Of a stretch of 64,000 bases of DNA, positions 51,201 to 63,660 are shown in pieces (the first letter of the stretch is position 1; the number at the start of each line of letters is the position of its first letter). The stretch lies in NCBI RefSeq assembly GCF_033153115.1, contig NW_026889750.1:29760001-29824000 (forward strand), in the 5' to 3' direction. The notes under the pieces were generated by a model, which was not told the origin of the DNA, did no database searches, and saw only the letters and a list, made by a program, of their open reading frames with translations. The position numbers were made by a program, and so were the translations under genes. This DNA comes from Saccostrea echinata (lineage: Eukaryota).

Positions 51201-54200
51201 ACATCTCCCGATGTATCTGGCATCAATGTGACTGAGCAAAACGCATCAGTAAACACTTAAGAGTAAATACATCGATGTTCTCTTTAAGAATTCTTGGTGC
51301 AAATGAAAATAAAAACATGAATATTCTACAATATTCATGAATCTATCATCGGGATCATTCATAAGCAGTTTTTGTCTAACATAAGCAGTGTCTAAGAAAT
51401 CCATTATTTCCATTGACTATCAGCCGGCAATCCGTGTTCATTGAACATTCTAGTTCATATAATCTAATATCACATAAAACAAACGAAAGGATACATAACA
51501 TTACCACTAAGAATAGTTACACCAAAGTGTAAGCATAATTATATACTGTTAGTCCAAGTGTGAAGAAATGGCCCTCCTTGAAGACCAACCAGATCCACCA
51601 AGGTGATGCTGATCTGGTATGAGCCACGCGGTAAGTCAACAGCCTCCCATTGACCATCACATAATTCGTTTGTCTTGGTGGTGTTTGGATATGTAATGAT
51701 ACAAGAGGAAGATGCAACAGGCTCGCTTGCATTCCACGTGATGGATGCATTGCTTTTGGTAAGCGAAGGGTTCAAGGTGAAACTGAGATTTGGGGGTGTC
51801 ATATCATCTGAAATACAAACCAGGACTAAGATTAAGAAGAAATATAGCAAACACAAAGGTGTCATTAAGCACTCTTGGAATACATTTTTCATAACAGTTG
51901 CTTTTGTGACAAATAGAATAATCTTAAAATTCTATTATACATATCATACAAGAGTTGTCCCAGAAAAACGCCAACTTTTTAAAGCTATATATGGCGTATT
52001 CAAATAATCAATATTAAGAAGATCTTACTATTTGTTTCATTACTTTATACATAAAGATAAGACTTTTCTGTAAATTACTCAATTTTAATCAATGACGTTT
52101 CAAAGATATCAAAAGTATAAAACAATAAAATATTTATTTACCGACTCCACAAAAAAATAGAGATTTGAATATATCCGCCTTAATTTGATCGCGTGACACT
52201 ATATTTAGACAATCAACAATAATGGCGAACAATGAGAACAAGAAGTAGACCAGCGAACACAAGCAGTTTAACAGACTAAGAGAATAAAGAAAGGAAGAGA
52301 CAAACACAGAGAGAAGTAAAGAGAAAATTTTGTTACAATATCATGTCCATTTATACCTCTTCTTCCATCATGGCTTTCTCGCCGAAATACGGCTGAAGTA
52401 TTGCCGACTCGGCGTTAAACAATAACAATCAATCAATCAATCCATCATGGCTTTAATGCTGTAGTTTCCCACAGTCATGTTCGTGGCGGATCTTATTAAT
52501 ATTCAACACAAAGTGTAAAGTCAATTTAATTATAGAAACAAGGGTTATTCGAGTTCAAAATCGGTAAAAGTTTTAATTTAAACGTACATAACATATATCA
52601 TGTTTTTTTTTTTTTACACTCAATTACGTATTATTATGTTTTAGTTCAGATAAGCCATGTATACCTTTAAATATCTCATAAAATATCTGACCAAAATGAT
52701 TCACTGGAAGAGGAACCTGATTGAACAAACAAGCATTCTGAGAGTATTGCATTAGCAATACTAGTCCCCTACCGGCAAGTGTAATCTGGTTCCCGTTAAA
52801 AATTGAAAATGCCATAATTCTGTCAAAAATCAATGAAGCGGAACGAAATGCAAACTTAATCTATAACTCATCAAGGTAAAGTTACATACCAAAAAACAGC
52901 TCAATATCTGCAAGCGTTCAGAAGAAAATTGCGGAAAACCCTGAGAAATTGAAAAGGTCATAATTCCGTCAAAAATCATTGAAGCGGAACGAAATTCAAA
53001 GTTGTTCTGTAACTCATCAAGATACACTCACATACCAAAAGTCAGCTCAATATCTGCAAGCATTTAGAAAAAAAGTGCGGAAAACCAAGTGGGACAGACA
53101 GACAGAGGGAAAGATAGACAAACAGACAGACAGACGGACGGACAGACTCAGAGGAAACCTATAGTCCCATCCGGTTTCACTAGTAGGGGACTAATAAACT
53201 GAAAAGTAAGAATCAGAACGTCATACGTGGAGACCAACTTCTCGAGAAGTTGGAATCATCATCAGGGTTGGAAAATGGTCTTTTCAAAAAATCCATTACG
53301 CGATCTTTAGAGTGTGTGAGAAAGGTATTTCAGTTACTAAATGAAAATCAAATGTACTGTCCAAATCCTGCTTCAAATGAAATTTTAAGATTCTCAAGAA
53401 AAAAAAAGCGCAATTCCTAAACAATTTTACAAACGCCAGGAACGTGTTGGGCCAACAGTAAATCAGTTTGACTGAAATAAAATTGTTATTTATAGAGATA
53501 CTGTATTAAAATTTATACCAAGCATGCATAAATTGTTGATTATTATGCATGCAAATTTTTTCAACTTTTTAATATCATTGATACAAAAAAATATTGTAAA
53601 TGTTGGCGTTTTTTCTGGGACAACCCTCGTATAATACTGGTTTGGAGATATGTGATCAAACTTACTGATAACCCACTGGTGAGTGTAAGGGCCGGCTTTG
53701 TTCCCAGACAAGTCTTCTATGTCAATACTGATGACGTAGTTTCCTGGTGCCAATTGGCTACTGAACGATTTACTGCACGAGACAACAGACGCACCGGTAG
53801 GCGTGGTTAAATTACATTGTTCCACTGAGAGAGCTTCGTTCACCGTCCAAGTCATGATGTACATTTCGTCGCTGTTCTTTTGTGATGGAGTTGACGTAAA
53901 GTTTAAGACAGGTGGGCTAAGGTCAACTATACCGAAAAAATAACAAAAACAGCAGTTGCAAGATAGTTGTTCATGATAACAAAATATCGTTTAATTTGCA
54001 GTCGGTTTTTTTAAAAAAAAATATTTTCGTAAGTAATGATGGATGAATTTGTACAAAGCAGGTGGGGTTCCTTACCAACAGTAAAATTCCAGAAGAAAGG
54101 TTGTGAGATCCCTGTCCAGTCTGTTGTACAGCTGAAAGAATCCGCAGCAACGGCTCCTGATATAAAACAGTTTTGCAGGTTACTAAGAAATCAGCTTTTT

Positions 54201-57200
54201 ATATAAGGTTACAAAGAAATGAGCTTTTATATGAAATTCGGAACACAAACGTTTGAAGGGCTGTAATCACCGAATACATTTCCTGTCTGGTTCAGCAAAA
54301 GTTTTTTGCAGTATGTCTTATCGTCTTTGGCAATTTTGTATGTCTTAGAATGGAAAGCACATGGCAACAATTATAGAATGGCATATCAATAAAAATTCTG
54401 AACATATTACCTGACTCCACAAGAACATAGTACTCTCCAGTAGGTAAAATAATGGAATCTGCAAAGAATTTTTTTTAACTTTAACACATCAGATCTGTAA
54501 ATAAATCTTTATCATGTTAGTTTAAAGTCAGAGTTACCTGGGGAGCCACCCAACGTGACTGTGACTTCCCTGCCGCCTGAGTCCGGAAAGGAGGCCACAG
54601 CTGGGTCTGTCAGATTCAGTTTGTGTGCCACAGTTCCGTTGGTATGATGTATTATAAGGAATTTTTCTGATGTCGGTCGAACGAACTAGCAAGAAAGAAA
54701 TGTAATATGTTTTAGGTCAATTTCAAGATGTTTATTTTGAATTTAAATAGACTAAAGATTTTTTTATATTTTTTTAAATTTTTTATTTATGATTTGTAAG
54801 TTGCTGTAGGTTTTTCCCTTTCTTTATACTTTTATTTGCAATATGGATCTTGCTTTTATACAGCCCAGTAGCTAAGTACTTCGGTACTAGCTTGAAATAC
54901 GGATATATATTTAATTGCTGTGGTGAAATTTAGAAATTTATTTCAAAAATTAAGGATTATCTCCCTCATGCATAACTCTGATCCTTTGACGTATTTGGCT
55001 CCAGTCTTTGGCACCCACTTTTTTCAGCTCTTCAAAGTTTTATTTAAATATTTCGGATTTCCAATGTGTCGGCATGAGCAATCACTGAAGAGACATAATT
55101 TGTCGAAATGCGCATCTTGTGCATCAAAATTGGTACCGTATAAGTTTTGCATGGAACTGATTGCTTCGGATCTGATTCATTCTGGAATGAGTTTTTCGTA
55201 TATTGAAGGTCAAGATATTATGAGCTATGCCTAAGAGATTGGCACTAGTCAATATGTTGTTGAGTGTGCCCCTCACCTTGTCAAAGGCCACAGATGATAA
55301 GTTTCCTTGTTCAAAGGTAACGGACTTTAATTTTTATGTTGGTAGATAGTTACCTTTCTGTTAAAACACATCTTTAATGTGTTTGTGAGTTTATCCTCAA
55401 TTTCTCGCAATGGCGTTAAACATCCTTTTGTTAGCTCTATTGCAGGTGGGGCTACAAAGAAAATGATATCATCTGAAAAGCAACAACAATGAAAATAGTT
55501 TTGATTTCCATTGTAAAATATTGATCTGGTATACAAAGACAGAATATCATCTAATCTTTACTCTTCTTCATTATGCAAAAATAATGTTTCATACATAACA
55601 AAAATTTTAAAACAAAGAACTTGAAAAGTATGATCCTAAAATATGGAACATTACTCAGGCAAACAATAAAACACGTAAACAGTATACTGCGAGGTGAATG
55701 ATATCAGATTACTTGGTATCATTCGAAGAGTTCTATGTTACCACTTACTTCCTTTCAGAAGATCAACACAGATCATACTGGAAGTTAATCTGAAAGAGCA
55801 TATTTTCGCAATTAATCGAAATGGTTTATTATCATTTAATTACAAAGTGTCAGGTATTAACAATATCAAATGATACGAAGAACATCCACTTAATTGCGCG
55901 TCCAATAGTTTTTGTCTACCAGTCGGTCTACACTTGACAGAATACTCTTGTAAATTAACCATGCCTACTTATTATTTATTTCTGCATTGAAGCACAGCAA
56001 GTGCAGTCCACTTTGACTCTGCGTCGGTGTCCATGTGACTGTAATTGACCATTCCCTTCCGGAGCTACCATAGGGAGACAAGCTGGACTTCCCAATTCCT
56101 ACCGGACCCATTATGGATAATTTTGTTATCCTTTAAATTGATATATGACATCTAAAGTTAATAATCAAATGACTACTATCTATTTTTAATAAGAAAGACA
56201 TACATGAATACTGTAAAAGAAAAAGCAACGGTTCCCACTGTCACAAACTTGATGTGGAAAGCAAGACGAAACGGACATGACCATTCAGTTCCCTTTGTAT
56301 TCCTTTATGTTAGTTTCTCTTACTTTCCTCTTAACTGTTTTGTGGGTAATGGAGTATATTCATGTGGTGAACACAAGCGTGATACTTGCTTCAAACATTC
56401 TAACAGTCTCTTTGTCTTTGTGTGACGTTTGTATATTTTGCCTTTGCCTTGTTTTCTACTTTCCTTCAACAAGTACAGCATTCGCTGGAGATCCTTGTGC
56501 CGAAGAAAACATGAATCAGGTAATCAAAGCAATGAAATACAATTTTTCGTTTCGTTTTGTTTTCATCCAGTTCTTATATGTTTTTCTCTCGTGTAGTCTC
56601 GATTTCGTGATTTGTTCTGAATTGCATCTACTTTGTGCACGTTGCCCTACTTTCCTCTTGAATTTACCTTTTTGTTGCACTACGCTCAGTTTATATTTTT
56701 TATGTATTGTGAAAACCATTGCTCTTTTTCCCCACTAATTCAGGTTCTGTGAATCTACTTTCAAGAAACCAAATACACGTATAATATCTAAGTTTTGTGA
56801 CAAAACCCAGGCTTAACACTTACGTATGAGAGGCACTTGTAGTTCTGGCCACAAGAATTTTTGTGAATGTGTTTGAGACAACATAACAGCTGCCTTCGGT
56901 AGGAGTAGGATCAACAAAGATAGGAGCATCAGTGCACTTGAGTGGGTCGTCAAACACTACTATTAGAAACTGAAGGGGAACCGAGCTGAGCACAGTTGCC
57001 GGAGCCGTGGTTGAGAAGTCTTCGATTTGTACGTGCACACCAAAGGTTCCGGTTCTGGTCGTGTTATAGGAAAACATGCAAGTGTCCTACAGAAAAAAGA
57101 AACATTGACTGGTCAGGTTGAAAAAAGAAAGCCTGCATGTATAAATACCAAATTACATGTAATCCATTAAAAAGCTGTTATAGAAGTGGAGATAATTCAG

Positions 57201-60200
57201 ATAAGAGCTATAGACGAACAATTAGTCACAAGAAAGAGGTAATATAACGCAATTTTAAAATTTCATGCAGAATTCATAAACACAAAATTCTGACAATTCA
57301 GTAAGTTTGACCTCTTCATCGGTAAGGGTCTCGGGCATGGTCATATGGGGGTATTTTGAGAAAATATTCATGAATTTTTTTTTCCAAACGTGCTCTTACA
57401 TTTTATAATCCATGATATCTCGCTGCATGTGTCGGAATCAATGAACACTTTTCTTGGGAACACCTTTTCTTGAGATTTAACAATCATATTTTCAACTTAA
57501 ATAACATAGTCAAAAGTATGCAAATTTACAAGTCATATTTTAACAAGGCAGGCTTTGCTAGTGACATGCATTAGTATTCCTTGTTTATCGTTACACAGAG
57601 AAAACTGCGTTTAATTCTATTCATTGCATTGTATGTTAAGGTCATTAAGACATTTTTAGGGCAGGTAAATCCATTGAAATTTCTTTCAATACTGTGTCAC
57701 CAAGACCTCGGATAAAGTACGAGTCCATTCACACTGCCCAAAAAGGTCTGTTTTCAATTTGCTCAAACTATAGATTTCACAACCGCCAATTACCAAAATT
57801 GAAAATTCTCTAAGATTTTTTTTCTATTTTATTTATTTTTGGATAGTTAGCAAAACCCTTCTAAAATTGTTATGCTTATAAATATAAAAGTTTATTTTTG
57901 ATATACAAACCTTGTCTATTGTACTTCCCGAGAGTCCATTACAAAGATACCCACATTCGTCAGTGTCGCTCCCGCTGGAAAAACGACATCTGACAATATC
58001 CCCATCAGCATCAATCACTGCAACAAAAGTGTGAAGTGTTGCACGAAGTTAAAATACGTATATGTACTTGTAGTATGAAAAAAGTAAAGATAGCTTACAG
58101 TGGTCGATCTCAAGAAAACTTACAAACAACATAAATCTGTGAACAGAGCAAAAACAAAAGCAAGGACCCCAAGAAATTCCAGAGGTGGAATCAGGTGCCT
58201 AGGAGGAGTAAGCATCCCCTCTCGACCTGTCACATCCGCCTTGAGCCTTATGTATGTCAAGTAGGCGTAATATTCCGAAGTCAAATTTAGTATAAAACAA
58301 ATGCCTAACAATTGATATGAAATATGTGAGACAAAATACGACTCAATGATTGGTTATTTTGCTTACAATGTCAATAAACATGTAACGACCATAGAATTTA
58401 TGAAATGCTGACTTTAAACGAGGTTGTTGAAATTCCTATAACTTTGTCAGTAGCCTGCCTCGGTTTAAAAATTGATCAACTCAAAGCATTCTCTTGAATA
58501 TCGAATAAGTGGAGACACAAACACGATATGCAGGTGAAAGTGGAATATTACTACGTCAATTGGGAGAGATGACGATGGAAAAGCTGAGTTCATCTCCTTT
58601 GTCATACAGTTTAATTGTTAGTTGGCCCTTATCGTCAATAGTAAGTGAATCGGATGTGGCTGATATATATTCCATAAGGTTATAACTGTACCTGGAATTC
58701 TGAATGTGTGTGGACAATTATAGAGAAGGCGAATTATTGGCGCCATGGTAACTACTGGGGAGGAGTTTATGACCCCGGTGTCCACCCTCGGCGCTGTGTT
58801 GGCTGTCATGGTCATCCTAACATTTTTTGATGAAGCACCAGTGGTCAAAGTCTGCCAACAACACTGCTCCATTCTGGGAAGGAAAAAAATTGCTTATTCT
58901 TATTTTGAGACAAGAATTTGATAATGTATGGGTAGGTTTGATTTCAAAAGAAATGTGCTTGGGAAAACGATTGTCAATTTTATAAAACATTTACACATAA
59001 GATGCCATGAAAATATAGAAATTGCAAAATGTTGACTTTAAACAAAATATCCTTGTATCATCAACTTATTTGTCAAGAGTTTGTCTCGTTTTAGAAATTG
59101 TTCGTTCGTAAAAAAAAATGCTCTTGCGTATTGAATCAACTCCAAATGCATGTGATAATGGTACATTGTTATTTATGTATAAATAATTAGGGGAAGGTGA
59201 TGATTAAAAAAAAGTTGAAGTCATCACGTATATCAAGTTTAGTTGTTGGTTTGCCATCAACGTATTTCTCTAATAAAATATGTCAATATGAAACTGATTT
59301 GTCAGACTCTGTGGTGTCTTTTATTTTGAGTACAAAGGGTTCTATCGAAGCAAGGAGAATATTGTTAATTGACAAAATGTCGTCGATATATCCAAATCTT
59401 GATTTGAAGGACACAGCCAGAGACTTTTTCTTTTCATGTTGAAGTTTTTTAATAAATTCTGTTCCAAAGGAAAACAGAGGCACAATTAGTTCCCATGAGA
59501 AGTCCAACAGATTGTTGGAAAACCTGGTCTTCCAAAACTACATAGATATTGTCAATCACAAACTCGAACATATTTTTATCATCAACTTCGGAGTACCTAT
59601 GCGTACAATCAGAATGTTTTAAACCAAAATATGTTTGCAAATGACCAATGACAAGGTAAGTAAATTTGCGAGTTCCATTTTTATTAAAAACGCAGTTGTC
59701 AATAATGTCTAAAAGCCTAGTTTTTATTCTATCATGGGAAATGGTAATAAAAGTGTTGAAAAGTCGTACGCTTTAATGCTGTTGATTTTGCTAAAATTTT
59801 GTCACTTCAACTTTCAAAAAAAAAATTATTTTGTGAGGAATAAAGTAAGAAGGTTGTTAGAAAATTTCCTAGAACTCGCTATGTATCTTTGTTAGTATGG
59901 ACTTTATGTAGTTTAAGAATCTAGTATAGGTATGATTAATCAAATTCAATTTGTTTGTTTGGAACATTAAAAATATTTAAAACTGATATGTGATTTTGAA
60001 GAATTTCCTCCTTAAAAAGCGAACTATGATTATAAGTTGGATTACCACTTGTGGAATTAAATCTAAGTTTTTCTAAAATACAATTATAATAATGAGCCTT
60101 AAAAACAAATGCAATATTGTTATCTGCTTTGTCAGCTGGAACCAGTATATATTGATCGTGTAAAATATCTAATTCTTTTTTCACTGCTGAATTACTGAAG

Positions 60201-63200
60201 ACAGCAGGATAGATGGTTTTCATATATTGCCCCTCAACCATTTTACGCGAGGTTATGACATCCATCTTATTCTTTAATCCATTTTGACAAAGTGTCAAGG
60301 TCTTATCCTTCAGATTTGACCAATCGTCTGGCATAATCTTCGACAGAATTCATAACATTAAGAAATGTTTACGCTCATCACGAAATCTAACTTAGATACT
60401 GAAGCATAACTTCTCTAATTAGAGAATTCCTTTTTGCACACCAAGTATTGCATCTCGGTGTTGTTTCATCATTTAAGGTTTAGCACATCTTAAGAATCAT
60501 TGTTTTGTTTACCTAAATACGTAGAATCATAGAATCATCTTAAGAATCATAGCTTTGTTTACCTAAATACGTAGTTGATCCCCGGCGTCGGGAGAGTAAA
60601 CGTGAAGGTTCCCTCGCCTAAAGACCAGTTCTCGCTGGAACTATAAGCAATGCATTTCCCATGCATTGAGCTGATCTGTGTGTTGCACCCCGTCCTGCAG
60701 TACAGCTTACCATCGACCGTTATTAGACCCTGGGAAGAAATCTTGCTGTCGTCACAGCTAGCTCCACTGTATGTACGTCTCCAAGCCATCTGGTAGGATA
60801 TTTCAATCTGCAATGGTCACATTTGGATTTTAAAATTTTAAGAATAATGTAATCGTAAAAATACTTGTGGTCCTCAGTAAGAAAATAAGGGATATGTCCT
60901 TGTAATTAAAAATTCTAATAATGGCTTTCATAGTGAACTTGTTTATGTTGTGTGTGTCGCTGATCTGAGATATTTTAGGCAAAAATAAAGTTATGATTTT
61001 GAATTTAATTCATGGGAAAGTGAAATGGTAGCATTTCCAATATCCACATTGTGGTCTAGGATGATGATTTGTACTTTTTTTTTTATCTGGGTTTGTTTTG
61101 TTTTGAATTTATATCTACACATGGCAAACAACACTTACAATATAATTTTCTCGCCCAAATTCAAATATTAAGAACTAAATCATAAAATAAAGTTAAACGG
61201 TAAAAACTCACTGAAGTAGTATATGGAGTAAGAGAATGCAACCTGAAAGACAGACTAACACGACATTTTTATGAACAAAAAAAAGAAGAAGAAAAGAGCA
61301 AGTGTTTTAAACCGTAGAAGGAGTACACAGGAAAAAGTATACGTCTTGGTATACTCAAGGATGGGAAACCCAGAATTTTAATCTTACTTAACATCAAAAG
61401 CAGTTGTGAGCAAGGAATACCGAGAATGCAAGAGAATGGAAGGACATGCGAAGATTAGGAAAAAGAGACAATACCAGACAGAACTATAAAAAAAAAAACT
61501 CAAAAAGTCTGCTTCTTCAAAATACATAGACTGCAATTGCCTCGGAATATATATAAAGATCGATGCAAGAGAAGAGTAAAAAGAAAATGTGTAAAACAAT
61601 GTGACTAGTTATGAATCTAATTAATTGTGTTTTCTTTCTTTTAATATCTGGTATATAGGCTAATGCTTGTTAACAATGATTCTATAAGTTCAAGATAAGA
61701 TGTCGAGAATATTTAAACCATTAGTTTATTGTAGTTTTAAGTACAGACTTGGAATTGGCGACAAGTTTTGAAAACTTGTCACCCCTTTCTCTTATTCCAT
61801 GAATGCAAATGTCAATCTACAGACAAACTTTAGTGGAATCCAATATGTAGTGATGTGAAATAATAATAAATATTGAGTGAATATTGACAATTACATTTAG
61901 AAGAAAGATTATATATGTACTAAAAAAAAGTTTGTTTTTAAAGAGAGAAGACATTTCAGGAAACGCGTTTTATGGAAATAATAACTACAGTAAAACTCGG
62001 TTACAGCAAAGTCCTGGGGGCCTGTAAATTGACTTCGTTATTTACGCAATTTATTATCCGTATAACCAATTTGTTAAAGTATAGATAGCGAATTCGCAAT
62101 ATACATATGCACATGTTTTCCTTCAAGTTTGATTACTGATTATATGTCCGGGGATGTATTAAATACAAAATTAACATTGGATAACAAATTCTTTTCGATG
62201 AATTTCATAATAAATAAAAATAGTAACGAAAAATTACATACGTCGACTCAATATATCTCAATAAACTCGAAATAAAAGACACCACAGAGACTGCCATATC
62301 TGTTTCATATTTGGATGTTTTACTGGCTTTAGACGTCGATGACCAACTAACAACTTAACTTTATTACAAATATGATGTCTTCTGCTTTTCCTTCTTCAGC
62401 TACCCCTATTTATGCAGTAATATTCCACTTATTACTTGCAGCAGATGTTTATGATTCCCAACTGATTCGATACGCAAAAAACATATTATGATGTACGATC
62501 AATTTTTTAACTGAAACAGGCTACTGACAAATTAATTTATGTAACAGAGCTTAAAACAATCTCGTTTAAAGTCAGCATTTTGCGAAATCTGTGATCAGAA
62601 ATATGACCCTGTTTGCAAATACAACTTAACGTTTTGTCGTATTTTTAATCGCATATTTCATACTAATTGTTTTACCACTTTATACTTTTTGACTACGGAT
62701 TTAGCTGATCAAATACAGAGGGAGGGGATGCTTACTTCTCCTGAGCATTTGATCACCTCTAGTCTGTTTTTGTCCTGTTCACGGTTTATATAGTACAGGA
62801 TTTATGAAAATAATAACTGTTCGTTATCTTCGAATTCACCTTTGATAATAACATCTGTTGAAGTGTATACACAGAATCAATTCATTGCAGAATAGCTCGC
62901 TACCATTTCACAGACATTTTTTTCCCTAGCTTTGAGTACAACAAAAATTGTTCATAACTAATTTTTTTTAAAAAGCCCATTTTCTAGTAATTTTTTCTAC
63001 ATGTTAAACATGCAAATGAGTAAATGCGTAAAAAAAATCCCATGGAAACGTCCAAGCATTTTACGTGCACTGCACGTACCAACTCTAGAAAAACTTTGTG
63101 AATTTTAATTATGATATAAAATGTCAACAGTTTAGGATACAGTTAAAAAGTTTATGAAATCATAAACTTTGTGAATTTTACTTTTAATTGTCAACAGTTC

Positions 63201-63660
63201 AAAATTAAGTTTAAAAGTTGATAGAATCATTACAAAACATGATTGATATAAATTGACCTTTCATAAAGCAATTTATTTTAGTCATTTAAGTTATGTTTAA
63301 AATGAATTCGCAAAAATATATCATACTTTTTATGATAAATTTGAAATATTTTGGAGTAAAAACCATTGAAATCGACCTTTTACAGTTTAAAATTCCGAAA
63401 GTACCCTACATTGATATACTTGTCAAATGCAAAAAATTTCCAAAGTGAAGTTGGAACAAAAATAATAAATACTTTAGTGAGACTGAAGGTCAGCAAATAG
63501 ATATACAAATCCTAAAAAAAAAAAAAAATAAATAACCCGCTAACAACAACTGTACCTGTTGAGGTGATGATGTTGGCTTCCAAGAAATGGATCCGCCTCT
63601 GAAATGACTACAGGTAACAAAGGACATCAGAAAAAGAAATATATATGTCTTCAGCAGCAT
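36279..63660 (-). CDS. Uncharacterised Sib/integrin-beta-like type I membrane protein with SbsA-Ig, 7 Ig-like repeats, SEA-like and EGF-like domains (about 1343 aa)
   Basis: 25 coding exons in transcript order: 63660-63556, 60807-60563, 58873-58692, 58017-57911, 57086-56824, 56130-55969, 55789-55749, 55451-55354, 54685-54538, 54458-54411, 54156-54076, 53926-53666, 51807-51547, 48787-48533, 47979-47716, 47453-47196, 46695-46438, 46025-45771, 45588-45473, 38779-38712, 38634-38417, 38109-38013, 37885-37869, 36602-36452, 36351-36279. Total 4032 nt, GT-AG, open frame. Signal peptide MLLKTYIFLFLMSFVTC then SHFRGGSISW; also NSSPV, DADGDIVRCRF..EC, VQIEDF..SSVPLQF and TM ILSIGLGVSAAVVFILVTVIISLFYL-RKK. 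AATAAA on the minus strand at 36043-36038. Confidence 0.88.
36880..37470 (+). mobile_element. PLE 3' fragment inside a HINE-like remnant (about 36640-37700), intronic
   Basis: SYLDILLEKDVNGNLTTKLY, YISQSIRYARACS..LKSLFRKFYGRYNDLV, stop, then the conserved 3' tail. Confidence 0.8.
39329..44198. repeat. Near-identical tandem triplication (units of 1740, 1567 and about 1560 bp) in an intron
   Basis: Unit start aatacgtgaaagacaagtgc at 39329, 41069 and 42636. Identical spurious ORFs recur at exactly 1567-bp spacing. Confidence 0.95.
39544..45386. mobile_element. Second, diverged copy of the Kolobok-like element
   Basis: Left end gggcgaattcaaaaataatgaccc, right end caattcacac. Colinear with 21748-27530 but lacks both nested insertions. 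Confidence 0.8.
40075..40548. repeat. 43-bp minisatellite, 11 copies (7 copies each at about 41814-42115 and 43381-43682)
   Basis: Unit ttaccttattttgctgtactctggacatctagtatggttttat, with variant gttgcac units in a repeated AAB pattern. Confidence 0.95.
49060..50220 (-). mobile_element. Two adjacent HINE elements (about 49060-49395 and 49396-50220)
   Basis: (gacg/gaca) microsatellites, ~160-170-bp degenerate repeats and terminal hairpin gggtcacctgagggactcaagttacct. The second belongs to the same family as 1729-3125, inverted. Confidence 0.7.
52378..52440 (+). mobile_element. 63-bp 5'-truncated retroposon 3' end with 14-bp TSD
   Basis: tccatcatggcttt duplicated at 52364-77 and 52441-54, with a (caat)n tail. 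Confidence 0.8.
52728..53197 (-). mobile_element. HINE nested in the mariner-like element
   Basis: subTIR tagtcccctac / gtaggggacta, (gaca)n microsatellite and two ~145-bp repeats. Confidence 0.75.
55074..55125 (+). ncRNA. Minimal type I hammerhead ribozyme (PLE/retrozyme type)
   Basis: CUGAAGA (55085-91), stem II gaca-taatt-tgtc, GAAA (55105-08), palindromic stem III ugcgca, cleavage triplet AUC (55114-16). Stem I (gcaauca / uugugc) is imperfect. Confidence 0.8.
58130..58675 (-). mobile_element. PLE 3' fragment in an intron
   Basis: Decayed KLYDK, NIPLSPAY and LIRYSR remnants plus the conserved 3' tail at about 58175-58240. Confidence 0.7.
59000..60400 (-). mobile_element. PLE RT fragment in an intron
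   Basis: LHDQYILVPADKADNNIAFV, YDF.T, QVFQQSVGLLMGTNCA, FGYIDDILSINN and KIKDTTES. Confidence 0.8.
62240..62830 (+). mobile_element. PLE 3' fragment in the first coding intron
   Basis: LEIKDTTE..SYLDVLL, LCSNIPL, QLIRYA remnants and a degenerate 3' tail. Confidence 0.7.

Larger units (their letters stand above)
51949..53629. mobile_element. mariner-like non-autonomous element filling most of an intron
   Basis: ta|caagagttgtcccagaaaaacgccaac...gttggcgttttttctgggacaaccctcg|ta. Confidence 0.75.

Noticed and set aside
53234-53267. 20-bp palindrome next to a minus-strand CUGAUGA as a second hammerhead
   Set aside because: No GAAA or stem III follows the hairpin.
56204-56738. ORFs of 67-153 aa
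   Set aside because: They lie within an intron of the minus-strand gene, have low-complexity composition and show no homology signal.
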